Source of the DNA: Nitrosopumilus sp.
Lineage (GTDB): Archaea; Thermoproteota; Nitrososphaeria; Nitrososphaerales; Nitrosopumilaceae
Direction of reading: 5' to 3'
Assembly (NCBI GenBank): GCA_965205675.1
Contig: OZ242186.1
Span: forward strand, 1,088,001-1,152,000
DNA: 64,000 nucleotides
Shown here piece by piece: positions 21,251 through 31,460 of the stretch. A program made the translations under genes and the position numbers. How positions within the stretch are numbered: position 1 is the stretch's first letter; each line of letters begins with the position of its first letter. The notes under the pieces are model-generated. The model saw only the letters and a list, made by a program, of their open reading frames with translations, was not told where the DNA came from and did no database searches.

Positions 21251-21403
21251 GCCTTTCTTTGGTTTCTTCCTAATCTGTTTGTTTGTAATCTTTTTTGGAG
21301 CCGAGTATTTACGAACCTTGGAACTAGATTCATTTTTTATGCTATCTGATTTCCTTGCTTTCTTATTCACATATAGTTATTGGAAAAAACTATCAATATC
21401 ATT

Positions 21404-22469
21404 AGACCTCTTGCGTAATTAGACATATTTTACCATATTACACAAATTCCTTCACAGCAAGATCCAAAGCTAAGAACAACTTAACACATTTCATGTTAAC
21501 ATACAAGCAACTCTCAAAAAAGCCAAAATCCCTTCTCTCTTTTACTGGAGTGACTAGGCAACAGTTTGATGTGATTCTAAAGGATGTCAGAAAGAATCAC
21601 CGTATAGAAGAAAAGAAGAGACTATCCAAAGCAAAGAGAAAAAGAAGTATCGGAGCTGGGCGAAAGTTTGATTTGAGTCTTGAAGACCAGCTTGTAATGT
21701 TGTTTGTTTACTATCGGATGTACCTGACATGTGAATTGACAGGATATATGTTTGGATTAGACCAGAGCAACGTCTACAGAAACATCAGATTTAGAGCCTG
21801 CAGTAAGAAAAACAGTTCCTATTCCTGCAAAACTATACTCTGATTCCAAAAAAATGATGTACAGCAACTCCAACTGTTCTTTCCTGAATTAATTGCAATG
21901 ACTGATGGTACTGAACAACCAATCCCAAGACCCCAGAACAAAAAGAAAAGAAAGACTCACTATTCAGGCAAAAAAACACACAATAAAAAACCAAATCACC
22001 GTAAACCAGAAAGGTGAGATAATCCACAAACCTCCACATTCTCCAGGTAACATGATTATGCCATACTGAAAATAAAGTATCCTGCACTACACGAAGATGT
22101 GATGATATCTTATGACCTTGGGTATTTGGGAGTGGAAAAAGATTTTCCAGAACAGACAAGCATTCTACCATACAAGAAAAAGAAAGGAAAAAAACTGACC
22201 ATACATCAAAAGGAATGGAACAAGATGCAGTCAAGAATCCGAATAAAAGTAGAACATATTATCTCTCAAATCAAAAAGTTTAGGATTAATTCTGAGACAT
22301 TTAGGAATAGATTGTGCAGATATGATGCAATAAGTGACATCGTATGTGGAATTGTAAATTTCAAGACAAGATGGAAGCAAGAGTTTGTTGTGATTCCGTA
22401 ATCTCAGAAATTATTTGAAATTAAATTCAATGAAAGATAAGATTTTGTTTGTAATTACGCAAGAGGTCT
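21404..22469 (+). mobile_element. IS5 (ISL2-like) copy 3, several small deletions
   Basis: Same TIRs; ATT on both flanks. Confidence 0.92.
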
Positions 22470-22663
22470 ATTCTTTCTGACGTCTCTTAGAATCACATCA
22501 AACTGTTGCCTAGTCACTCCAGTAAAAGAGAGAAGGGATTTTGGCTTTTTTGAGAGTTGCTTGTATGTTAACATGAAATGTGTTAAGTTGTTCTTAGCTT
22601 TGGATCTTGCTGTGAAGGAATTTGTGTAATATGGTAAAATATGTCTAATTGCGCAAGAGGTCT
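22470..22663 (-). mobile_element. IS5 (ISL2-like) left-end fragment, inverted
   Basis: Reverse complement of the first ~190 bp of the element, including TIR. Confidence 0.88.
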
Positions 22664-22688
22664 ATTGATTGATGACACGCTATTGCGT

Positions 22689-23420
22689 TTACTTGATTCC
22701 CAAGTACAGATTACCCAATTCCTGATGAGACAATAGTTCTTTGGAACTTCCATGAAATACGCACTTGCCGTTTGCCAAAAGATAGACATAGTCGGCAATC
22801 TTTAGCGCTTTTTTGACATTTTGTTCAACCATGATTACTGTAATTCCAAAATCATCACTGATCTGTTTTATCTTTGATAATGCCTCGACTGCTAATTTGG
22901 GTGAAAGGCTTGCAGTGGGTTCATCAAAGAGCATAACTTTTGGCTGGCGAATCAATGCCATGGCCATTGCAAGCATCTGGCGTTGACCGCCACTAAGAGT
23001 ACTTGCCTTTGATTTTTTATATTCTTTTAAAATGGGAAATATCTCAAAAACTTCAGAGATTCTCTCTGATTGCATCTTTGAATCAAGTGTATAGCTTGCC
23101 ATGGAGAGATTTTCTTTTATGTTAAGATTGGGGAAGATGTTATTGGTTTGAGGCAGATATGCAATCTTCATCCTTGCTATTTGATGCGGTGCCATCTCTG
23201 TAATTTTTTCTTTGTTATAACGGATTTGACCAGAATACACATCACATAGACCAAAGATGCTTTTGAGCAATGTACTTTTTCCACTACCGTTTGGACCTAC
23301 AATTATCGTAATCTCTTTTTCTTTTGCCTCAAAATTCACCCCAAAAAGAATATGACTATTTACATATCCTGAATTTAAATCACTGACATTAATTACTGAA
23401 CTATCTTGTTTTTGAGACAT
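22689..23420 (-). CDS. livF: branched-chain amino acid ABC transporter ATPase
   Basis: GPNGSGKST, LSGGQRQMLAMAMAL, MVEQN. Confidence 0.88.
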   Translation of the reverse strand: MSQKQDSSVINVSDLNSGYVNSHILFGVNFEAKEKEITIIVGPNGSGKSTLLKSIFGLCDVYSGQIRYNKEKITEMAPHQIARMKIAYLPQTNNIFPNLNIKENLSMASYTLDSKMQSERISEVFEIFPILKEYKKSKASTLSGGQRQMLAMAMALIRQPKVMLFDEPTASLSPKLAVEALSKIKQISDDFGITVIMVEQNVKKALKIADYVYLLANGKCVFHGSSKELLSHQELGNLYLGIK

Positions 23421-24176
23421 TTATCCTCCCAGATATGATTCGACAACTTTTGGATGCTTTATTATCTCATCAGAACTGCCTTGAGTAATAATTTTTCCCT
23501 GATTCATTGCAAAAACATGGTCTGCATACTGTAATGCAATATCTAATCTATGCTCGACAATCAAAAATGTAATTTTTTGCTTTTTACATATGGATGAGAT
23601 TTTCTCAAATATTTCGTGAGCTAGTGTCGGATTAACACCTGCAATGGGCTCATCCATTAGTATCATTTTGGCATCGGACATCATGGCACGACCTAACTCT
23701 AGGAGTTTTTGCTGACCTCCGCTAAGATTTTGACCAAGCGTGTTTTTTTGATTAATCAAATTTACCATCTCCATAATTTCCAATGCATTATCTGTAATTT
23801 TTCTCTCATCTTTTCTCCATTTGGATTTTAATGGGGCCCTAAGGAAAGATTCGCCAACATTATTGCGACTTGAGATTACAAAGTTCTCCAAAGTCGTCAG
23901 ATTTGCAAAAGGCTGAGGAATCTGCCAGGTTCGAACTAGTCCTGTCTTAAATGTCTCATATAGTCCCTTTTTCGTAATATCGTGTGAATTAAAGATAATT
24001 TTCCCACTCTCAGGTTTCAGCATACCTGAAATTACATTGATTAGAGTAGTTTTTCCACTGCCATTGGGGCCGATCATTTCATATAACAATCCTTCTTCTA
24101 ACTCCATGTCAATTCCATCAAGAACAGTATGCCCACCAAAACGTTTCGTAATATTGGAAATTGATAGGATTACCAT
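23421..24176 (-). CDS. livG: branched-chain amino acid ABC transporter ATPase
   Basis: KRFGG, GLVRTWQI, DEPIAGVN, VVESYLG. Confidence 0.88.
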   Translation of the reverse strand: MVILSISNITKRFGGHTVLDGIDMELEEGLLYEMIGPNGSGKTTLINVISGMLKPESGKIIFNSHDITKKGLYETFKTGLVRTWQIPQPFANLTTLENFVISSRNNVGESFLRAPLKSKWRKDERKITDNALEIMEMVNLINQKNTLGQNLSGGQQKLLELGRAMMSDAKMILMDEPIAGVNPTLAHEIFEKISSICKKQKITFLIVEHRLDIALQYADHVFAMNQGKIITQGSSDEIIKHPKVVESYLGG

Positions 24177-24229
24177 AAAATATTTCAAGGCATAAAGAAA
24201 ATTAAGGGTTTCGTATGTAAATTAGTGAT

Positions 24230-25156
24230 TTGGCATATGATCCAATTTTTTCTGATGCAATAATTTTTGCCAGTCTTTTAGCATTACTTAGTATTGGGCT
24301 AACACTAACATACATTACAACTAGGGTGCCTAATTTTGCACATGCATCATTTGCAACCATTGGAGTATATGTTGCACTAGTTGTAACACATGTCTGGGGG
24401 ATCTCGCCATATGTGGCCATTCCAATATCCTTTGTAATTTCGGGAGTTGTTGCCGTATTGTTGTACATGTTTATCATAAAACCGCTAGTTCGAAAGGGTG
24501 CATCTCAGGCAATTCAAATGATTGCAACTTTGGCATTTGATTTGATAGTCATTGCATTGCTAAACATTACTGCAGATTATATAGTTAAGACATACAAGGT
24601 TACATCAAGGGAATTTTCCCTACGCAGTTACGATGTAGAGTTTATGGGGTTGCCATTAATTGTATTTGTAGCACCAATTACTATTGCAATACTGGCAATA
24701 TCGCTACACATCACACTACGTAAAACAAAATTCGGAATCGCAATGAGGGCATCAACTGAAAATCATGATCTGGCTGAAACCGTTGGGATTAATGTAAAAT
24801 TAATCTACGGAGTGTCCTGGCTACTAGGAGGCGGATTTGCAGGAATTGCAGGCGCGCTGATGTCAATGTGGTTTCAGGGAGATCCAAATCTCGGACCGCA
24901 ATTAATTCCAAGTGTATTTGCAGCAAGTATTGTGGGAGGTTTTCTTAGCATTTATGGTGCAATTGCAGGAGGAATTCTAGTGGGGCTGACAGAAATCTTA
25001 GGAACTAGATTTTTGGCTGGGGAGTTGGGGACATGGCTTATCGCATATCGTCCATTAATTCCGTTGATTTTCATTGTGGCGACATTATTTTTGGCACCAA
25101 AAGGTTTAGCAGGTGTAAATTGGTCAAAGTTGAGGAGAGATGGCTCTAGGCACTGA
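24230..25156 (+). CDS. livH: branched-chain amino acid ABC permease
   Basis: GLTL..NFAH, TKFGIAMRA, GGFLSIYGA. Confidence 0.88.
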   Translation: MAYDPIFSDAIIFASLLALLSIGLTLTYITTRVPNFAHASFATIGVYVALVVTHVWGISPYVAIPISFVISGVVAVLLYMFIIKPLVRKGASQAIQMIATLAFDLIVIALLNITADYIVKTYKVTSREFSLRSYDVEFMGLPLIVFVAPITIAILAISLHITLRKTKFGIAMRASTENHDLAETVGINVKLIYGVSWLLGGGFAGIAGALMSMWFQGDPNLGPQLIPSVFAASIVGGFLSIYGAIAGGILVGLTEILGTRFLAGELGTWLIAYRPLIPLIFIVATLFLAPKGLAGVNWSKLRRDGSRH

Positions 25157-26204
25157 AATAACATTTCTTGTAGATCTGCTTGCAATATTTGCAGTCTATG
25201 CCATTGTCAATCTTAGTCTGAATATGGAATTTGGCTATGCCGGAATTCCAAACTTTGGCAAGGTCTTAGCAGTTGGTGCAGGTGCATTTGTTGCAGCATC
25301 AATTCCGGGTAGAATATTTGCAGAGATGGCAGGAATTCAGGGAGATTACATTTTAGATAATTTACTCATAGTCTCTCAAATCAATTTATGGCTTGCAGAT
25401 AATGTGGGAGTGGGCTTTGCCATCTTCTTTTTGACACTGGCAGTAGCTGCAATAGTAGGTGGGGCAATAGGAATACTCACATCATATCCTACAATCCGAC
25501 TACGTGGAGATTATTTGGCCATTACACTGTTGGCCTTTGGGGAGAGTGTCAGAATTATTGGAAATAATTACACCCCTCTGGCAGGTGGAACTTTGGGCGT
25601 ACAAGTACCTGATCCTTTGTCATTTTTACCTGATGAACTTCGCTTTCCAATAGCCACGATTGGGCTTGTGGCAATTGCAGTAGTAATTTATGCGTACAGT
25701 GAGAGAATGCTTCGCTCTCCATTGGGCAGGATGCTCAAAGCCGTTAGGGATAATGAAATGGCAGCAGAATCCCTAGGAAAGAATGCCACAAATACCAGAA
25801 TCAAAATAATCATAGTCTCAGCTGCCCTTGCGGCAATCGGCGGGGCATTGTATGCGTTTTATGTTGGAGGGACCATTGCATTTGCATATGACAGGGCAAG
25901 CTGGACGTTTTGGCCGTTTCTGATGATACTGATTGGAGGATTGGCAAACAACAAGGGTGTGCTAGTTGGAACCTTGATCTTTGTTACTCTGCGAAAGCTT
26001 ATCATATTCTTCAAGGATTCCTTTGAGGCGTTTGTTCCATTTGACGTGGTATGGCTTGACTTTTTGCTGCTAGGCATAATCTTGCTTGTAATTTTGCTGT
26101 ACCGGCCACAGGGAATCCTTGTTGAAAAACCGACTCCAACACTGACTGGAGGGATAGTGTCTGGCTCGGGGCTTCAAAGAATACGGAATTTCTTTTTTAA
26201 ATAA
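25140..26204 (+). CDS. livM: branched-chain amino acid ABC permease
   Basis: RLRGDYLAITLLAFGE, SPLGRMLKAVRDNE, RPQGI. Confidence 0.88.
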   Translation: MALGTEITFLVDLLAIFAVYAIVNLSLNMEFGYAGIPNFGKVLAVGAGAFVAASIPGRIFAEMAGIQGDYILDNLLIVSQINLWLADNVGVGFAIFFLTLAVAAIVGGAIGILTSYPTIRLRGDYLAITLLAFGESVRIIGNNYTPLAGGTLGVQVPDPLSFLPDELRFPIATIGLVAIAVVIYAYSERMLRSPLGRMLKAVRDNEMAAESLGKNATNTRIKIIIVSAALAAIGGALYAFYVGGTIAFAYDRASWTFWPFLMILIGGLANNKGVLVGTLIFVTLRKLIIFFKDSFEAFVPFDVVWLDFLLLGIILLVILLYRPQGILVEKPTPTLTGGIVSGSGLQRIRNFFFK

Positions 26205-26230
26205 TTGAGACTTGGGCATAACTATTTACT

Positions 26231-26443
26231 GCTTTGTTTCCCAACCCCAAATAACCATCAACACTCTTTGATGCTTTGAAATCATTTCTGATTCTATTGC
26301 ATTGCAATCATTTTATTGTACAGACAAACTTTCATTTTCAATTCATGAATCATGTTTTCTCTCTTGTGCGATGTCACATGCTCTCCAAATATTCTTTTGA
26401 ATACAGAGAATGCTCCCTCTACAATCCATCTATCCCCATAGCT
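26231..26443 (-). pseudogene. IS5-family (IS903/ISH1-like) transposase C-terminal remnant
   Basis: YGDRWIVEGAFSVFKRIFG. Confidence 0.75.
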
Positions 26444-27536
26444 TATACCTCGGAGCATAATTCTTTGCAATTTTTCAAAACAAATAGCAATACTTTTTGA
26501 TCGGTAGTTAGAAATAATTTCATTGACATCACAAATGACGAGTTACTCCAGGTCTACAAAAAAGAAAAAAAATATTCACAAAAAAACAAGATTACATGCA
26601 ATGTGCATTATCAAAATCAACGAATCTACAATTGCTGAAACTGCAAGCCAAATGTTTTGTACATATAATTCTGTAAGGAATTGGCTTGATTCATTTGAAA
26701 AATACGGACTAGAGGGCCTGGAGGATCTCCCTCGTTCTGGCCGTCCGCCATTAATCTCACACAAAAAATTACAAAAAATAGAGCGTACGTTTAAGAAAAT
26801 TTCAGATGGAATGACTCCAAAAAAAACTGATACAGTTCATATTTTACAGAACACGCATTACATATCATATCACTCATGTGCGTCCTTTGATGCACAAATG
26901 GAATCTAAAACCAAAGGTTCCACAAAAACTACATGTGCGAGCAGCATCCAAGGATGTGTGCCGCAAGTGGAAAAACCGCATCATTTCACGCATAGAAAAG
27001 GCAAAAAAGAAAGGTTTTACAATATTTATCCAAGACGAGTCTGTATTTGTAGACGATGTACGTCTTGGTAAAAAATACTGGACAGATGCACACCAAAGAT
27101 TAATTGTACGTTGGAGAGGATCACATCAAAGATTTTTGGTTTATGGAAATGATGATAATCAAAGTTTTTTTAGATCGTATGAAAAATTTAACTCCATTGC
27201 ATTTATGGATTATTTGGAGGCAGCTCGTAGAAAATTTGGAAAAATATTTGTTATCGTCGATAGAGCGCCGCAACACAAAGCTAATGATGTAAAAAAATAT
27301 CTGCACAAAAACAAAGATGTCAAACTGGCATATCTTCTGAGAGGTTCTCCACATTTGAGTATGATTGAAGAGATTTGGAGACAGTGCAAACATGTTAATG
27401 TTGAATCAGAATTTTATGAATCTATTCATGAAATGAGGCATACAGTTATGGAATATTTTAGAACCCATAAATTTAATTTGAATATGTATTATTTTGCAAG
27501 AACAGTAAATTGAAAAGACTTATGATCTGGGGTATA
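26444..27536 (+). mobile_element. IS630 type B copy 3, frameshifted
   Basis: TA-TACC...GGTA-TA ends; near identical to copy 2. Confidence 0.92.
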
Positions 27537-27680
27537 TCTAATAACTATGACAATTGTTGTATCGATATAGTTTTCTTGATCTTCTAATAGCTGTGCCGCT
27601 ATTGCAGACAGTGTCACCGAAATTATAAAACAAATCAGAAAATTTCTCTTAATTTGTAGTAACTATGAATTTAGTTTCAT
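27537..27680 (-). pseudogene. truncated membrane-protein gene
   Basis: MKLNS*LLQIKRNFLICFIISVTLSAIAAQLL... ending at IS630. Confidence 0.4.
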
Positions 27681-27738
27681 GATTTCTTTGATGGTTTATT
27701 TGATAATGATTAATTTACATCATCTCATAAACTAAACT

Positions 27739-28293
27739 ATGAAAAAAAGATGTCTTTGGGCAAAAGATGAACCCAATACAACTTATCATGATCTGGAATG
27801 GGGTCGCCCACAACATGATGATCAAAAATTATTTGAATTTTTAATGTTGGAGGGAGCTCAGGCAGGTTTATCTTGGACCACTATTCTCAAACGTAGAGAC
27901 GGCTATCGTAAGGCATTTTCTAATTTTGATGCTAAAAAAGTCTCAAAATATACTCAAAAACATGTAGAAAAATTACTCACAGATGAGTCCATTATTAGAA
28001 ATAAACTCAAAGTAAATTCTGCAATAAACAATGCAAAACACTTTCTAAAAATCCAAGAAGAATTTGGTACTTTTGATAACTATTTGTGGGGTTTTGTTGA
28101 TCACAAACCAATCAGAAATAAATTCAAAGAACATGCGGAGTTACCTGCATCTACTGAAATTTCAGAGAAGTTGAGTAAATCTCTTCGAACTCGTGGATTT
28201 AATTTCGTTGGACCTACTATTTGTTATGCATTGATGCAGGCTGTGGGAATGGTAAATGATCACACTTTTGATTGTTTTTTGTATCAAAAATAA
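27739..28293 (+). CDS. tag: DNA-3-methyladenine glycosylase I
   Basis: YHDLEWG, LEGAQAGLSW, IIRNKLK, FVGPTI, NDH...C. Confidence 0.95.
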   Translation: MKKRCLWAKDEPNTTYHDLEWGRPQHDDQKLFEFLMLEGAQAGLSWTTILKRRDGYRKAFSNFDAKKVSKYTQKHVEKLLTDESIIRNKLKVNSAINNAKHFLKIQEEFGTFDNYLWGFVDHKPIRNKFKEHAELPASTEISEKLSKSLRTRGFNFVGPTICYALMQAVGMVNDHTFDCFLYQK

Positions 28294-28322
28294 TTTTTAA
28301 GTAAGCTTGTTTTCGATCAACT

Positions 28323-28694
28323 ATGGCAGAAGGAAAATTTGCAACATCTGTTACTTGTATGGATGGAAGAATTCAGATACCTTTAGCAAATTGGATTAAA
28401 GAAAATTTTTCTGTTGATTTTGTTGATGCGATAACAGAGCCCGGAATTGACAAAACTGTTGCAGCAAATTTGGCTTTAGATTCAATTAAACATAAAATTA
28501 GCATTTCAATTAATGCCCACAAGTCTGAATTAATTGTGGTTTCTGGTCATTATGACTGTGCGGGCAATCCCGTCTCTAATGATGAACACATTGCCCAAAT
28601 CAAAAAAGGTGTCAAAGTAATTTCCTTATGGAATCCAGATGTAAAAGTAATTGGAGTTTGGGTTGATGATGCCTGGACTGTAAATCTTCTTTAA
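28323..28694 (+). CDS. beta-carbonic-anhydrase-like protein
   Basis: CMDGR and GHYDCAG zinc-ligand motifs. Confidence 0.75.
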   Translation: MAEGKFATSVTCMDGRIQIPLANWIKENFSVDFVDAITEPGIDKTVAANLALDSIKHKISISINAHKSELIVVSGHYDCAGNPVSNDEHIAQIKKGVKVISLWNPDVKVIGVWVDDAWTVNLL

Positions 28695-28705
28695 TCTGGA
28701 CATTT

Positions 28706-29971
28706 ATGAATCAAAAACTATCTACTTTTTCAAAGACAGCAGGTCCTGGAATATTATTTGCAAGCACTGCTATTGGCGTTTCGCATTTAGTTCAATCCAC
28801 CAGAGCTGGTGCGGACTTTGGTTTATTGATTCTGGGATTTGTAATTGTTGTAACTTTGTTAAAATATCCTTTTTTTGAATATGGTTCACGTTATGCAACT
28901 TCTACTCAAACAAGCATTATTGATGGATACAAGAAACTTGGAAAGCCTGCATTGTGGTTGTATTTCTTACTCACCATTGCATCTATGTTTTTTGTAACTG
29001 GTGCAATTGGATTTGTTACTGCAGGATTTTTTGAAAATCTTTTTGATGCGGAATTTCTTGGAGAATGGACTGTTGCTATATTATTTACAATATGTGTTTC
29101 AATTTTAGCTATTGGGAAATATAATGTGTTAGATAGCATGATTAAGATAATTGCAATTGTTATGTTGATATCTACTGTTTCTGCATTTTCATTTGCATTG
29201 TATAATGGACCTGTTGAATCCGTTGAAGGATTTCAGCCAAAAAATCTATGGGAAATTTCCGGAGTTTTTTTCTTACTTGCGTTAATGGGTTGGATGCCCA
29301 CAGCTATAGATCTCTCTAGTTGGAATAGTTTGTGGACTTTGGAGAAAATGAAACAAACAAAATACAAACCAAAACTAAAAGAAACTTTATTTGAATTTCG
29401 TTTAGCGTACTTGGTAGCTGGTATACTTGCAATAATGTTTGTTACATTGGGGGCGTTCATTTTTTATGGTTCTGGCCAAGAACTTCCTAACAACAATTCT
29501 CTTTTTGCCCATAAAGTAGTGACATTATACACTCAAACAATTGGGAATTGGAGTTATGTCATTATTGCCGCATCTGCTTTTACTGTGATGTTTGGAACAA
29601 TTCTTGCAGTATTTGATGGATATTCCAGGTCTTTACAACGAACAGTCGAGTTGATTTTTGTCAAAAATAATGATGAAGTGTCCTCAAAGTTTCGTATGTT
29701 ATATGTATTTTTTTTAATCATCCTTGCAAGTGGATCTTTTATAATTGTTTCTCGATTTGGAGACAATCTAAAGGAATTAGTTGATTTTGCAACTGTTTTG
29801 TCGTTTGTTATAGCTCCTATCATTGCTGTTTTTAATTTTCGATTAGTCACTGGTAAATTTTTAGCAAAAGATCATCAACCTTCAATTCTATTGAAAATTT
29901 TGAGCTTTGCGGGCATATTGTTCTTGTCTGGATTTGCTTTATTCTTTTTAATAACAAAATTTTATTCCTGA
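28706..29971 (+). CDS. Nramp-family divalent metal transporter
   Basis: GPGILFASTAIGVSHLVQSTRAGA; ~11 TM. Confidence 0.8.
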   Translation: MNQKLSTFSKTAGPGILFASTAIGVSHLVQSTRAGADFGLLILGFVIVVTLLKYPFFEYGSRYATSTQTSIIDGYKKLGKPALWLYFLLTIASMFFVTGAIGFVTAGFFENLFDAEFLGEWTVAILFTICVSILAIGKYNVLDSMIKIIAIVMLISTVSAFSFALYNGPVESVEGFQPKNLWEISGVFFLLALMGWMPTAIDLSSWNSLWTLEKMKQTKYKPKLKETLFEFRLAYLVAGILAIMFVTLGAFIFYGSGQELPNNNSLFAHKVVTLYTQTIGNWSYVIIAASAFTVMFGTILAVFDGYSRSLQRTVELIFVKNNDEVSSKFRMLYVFFLIILASGSFIIVSRFGDNLKELVDFATVLSFVIAPIIAVFNFRLVTGKFLAKDHQPSILLKILSFAGILFLSGFALFFLITKFYS

Positions 29972-30004
29972 TCCTTTAAATTCACTTGATTCTTACTTGT
30001 TAAT

Positions 30005-30520
30005 ATGAAAATTTCCAGTAAAATGAAAAAAGCATTAAATGATCAAGTTGCCTTGGAATCTTCTGCATCTAATAGCTATTTGGCCATGGCTTCTTGGTGT
30101 GAAGTAACTGGCTATCAGGGATCTGCAAATTACTTTTACGCCCAGTCTGATGAAGAGCGAGCACACATGTTAAAAATTGTACATTATCTTAATGATATGG
30201 GAGCTATTGCAACTATTCCTGCAACTAAATCACCCTTGACTACATACAAATCTCTTGAAGGATTAATTAAGACTGCATTAAAAAATGAACAAGTCGTAAC
30301 CAAAGCAATTCATAAAATAGTTGAAATTGCGCAAAAAGAAAAAGATCATTCTACTAATGTATTTTTAGAATGGTTTGTCAATGAACAAGTTCAAGAAGAA
30401 ACAAAATTTGAAACAATATTGCAAAAGTTTGATCTTATTGGACGTGACAAGCTTGCAATTAATGAAATAGACAAAATTCTTGCAATAGATGCGGCCGCCC
30501 CTGCAGAACCTGTCGTTTAG
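30005..30520 (+). CDS. ferritin
   Basis: QSDEERAH, NEQ, FLEWFVNEQVQEE ferroxidase motifs. Confidence 0.92.
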   Translation: MKISSKMKKALNDQVALESSASNSYLAMASWCEVTGYQGSANYFYAQSDEERAHMLKIVHYLNDMGAIATIPATKSPLTTYKSLEGLIKTALKNEQVVTKAIHKIVEIAQKEKDHSTNVFLEWFVNEQVQEETKFETILQKFDLIGRDKLAINEIDKILAIDAAAPAEPVV

Positions 30521-30568
30521 AAAACTAATTTATAAAATAATTAATACTGCATTATTTTCATTCATTTT

Positions 30569-30901
30569 ATGACAATAACTGTCACTAGAAAGCCTAGCGG
30601 CATTACGCAATTATTTAATACTGACACTGGTCGAGTTACCTACAAGTGTAAGGCAGATTCGGCATTCATGTTTATTGAAGCCTTTGGCGGAATTGTAAAA
30701 TTTAATCAGAAAGGAGCAATTGCTACTGTAACTGGTCATATTACATCGTTAGAATCTTGTGATGTAATAAAGAAAGGTCATTTAGAATACAAAGAAGCAT
30801 TATCAGTTATTATTTCAGAACATAAAGAATTTGCACAAAATGTTTCTGATTCATATCAAAAAAAAATTCAAGAATTAAAAAATAAATTATCTGCTCTTTA
30901 A
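30569..30901 (+). CDS. hypothetical protein
   Basis: 110-aa ORF. Confidence 0.65.
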   Translation: MTITVTRKPSGITQLFNTDTGRVTYKCKADSAFMFIEAFGGIVKFNQKGAIATVTGHITSLESCDVIKKGHLEYKEALSVIISEHKEFAQNVSDSYQKKIQELKNKLSAL

Positions 30902-30923
30902 TTTTCTACAAGTTTAAAATTAT

Positions 30924-31097
30924 CTATCCATATATCATACAATGTTCACATTCACAAACTTTTTGTTCCTTTGATTTCTTTAGGCATTTTTTATGTTGTC
31001 CTGCTTGACATTGCACGCAAATCTCCTCAATGTTATCTACGCTAGTATATTTTTTTGATTGATCAAATCCAAACCCTCCATCTTGTGGCCCTACCAT
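30924..31097 (-). CDS. small Cys-rich protein (57 aa; not in ORF track)
   Basis: MVGPQDGGFGFD...CVQC...HKKC...CECEHC. Confidence 0.65.
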   Translation of the reverse strand: MVGPQDGGFGFDQSKKYTSVDNIEEICVQCQAGQHKKCLKKSKEQKVCECEHCMIYG

Positions 31098-31131
31098 GGA
31101 TTTACTAAATCAAAGTTCTATTTTTACTTGA

Positions 31132-31443
31132 CTAATTAATTGCAGAGTTTATTGCCTTTTGTAATTTTGTCTTTTGTGTCTCAATTATTCCTCTAATTTC
31201 AAAAGTATCTACATATCCTCCGGCTGATGCACGAGTTGCTTTAAGCAGATAGTGCAAAGCCCCTTCCTCTATCTTTCCTACATAGTAACCGTAAAGAAAA
31301 TCTGTTTCATTTCCACACTTCCAAATTTGTTTAATTGCTGGAAATGTTTGTTTCATTTCTGTAGGGATCTCCCGAATTCTTCGTTGAATATATTGATCTA
31401 ATGATTTTCTAATTGATGAATCCTGTAACAACTTTAATAGCAT
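31132..31443 (-). CDS. hypothetical protein
   Basis: WKCGNETDFLYGYYVG, similar to 2209-2496. Confidence 0.7.
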   Translation of the reverse strand: MLLKLLQDSSIRKSLDQYIQRRIREIPTEMKQTFPAIKQIWKCGNETDFLYGYYVGKIEEGALHYLLKATRASAGGYVDTFEIRGIIETQKTKLQKAINSAIN

Positions 31444-31460
31444 TTGAGAATCTTTGCTTT

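Larger units (their letters stand above)
20050..21380 (-). mobile_element. IS110-family (IS1111-type) element
   Basis: Subterminal IRs ATGTGAAT (20056) / ATTCACAT (21365); shared TTAT core at both ends; long 3' non-coding region. Confidence 0.8.

Noticed and set aside
21251-21370. 40-aa basic N-terminal extension of the IS110 protein
   Set aside because: Its GTG start lies inside the left IR; MFVGID is the family-typical start.
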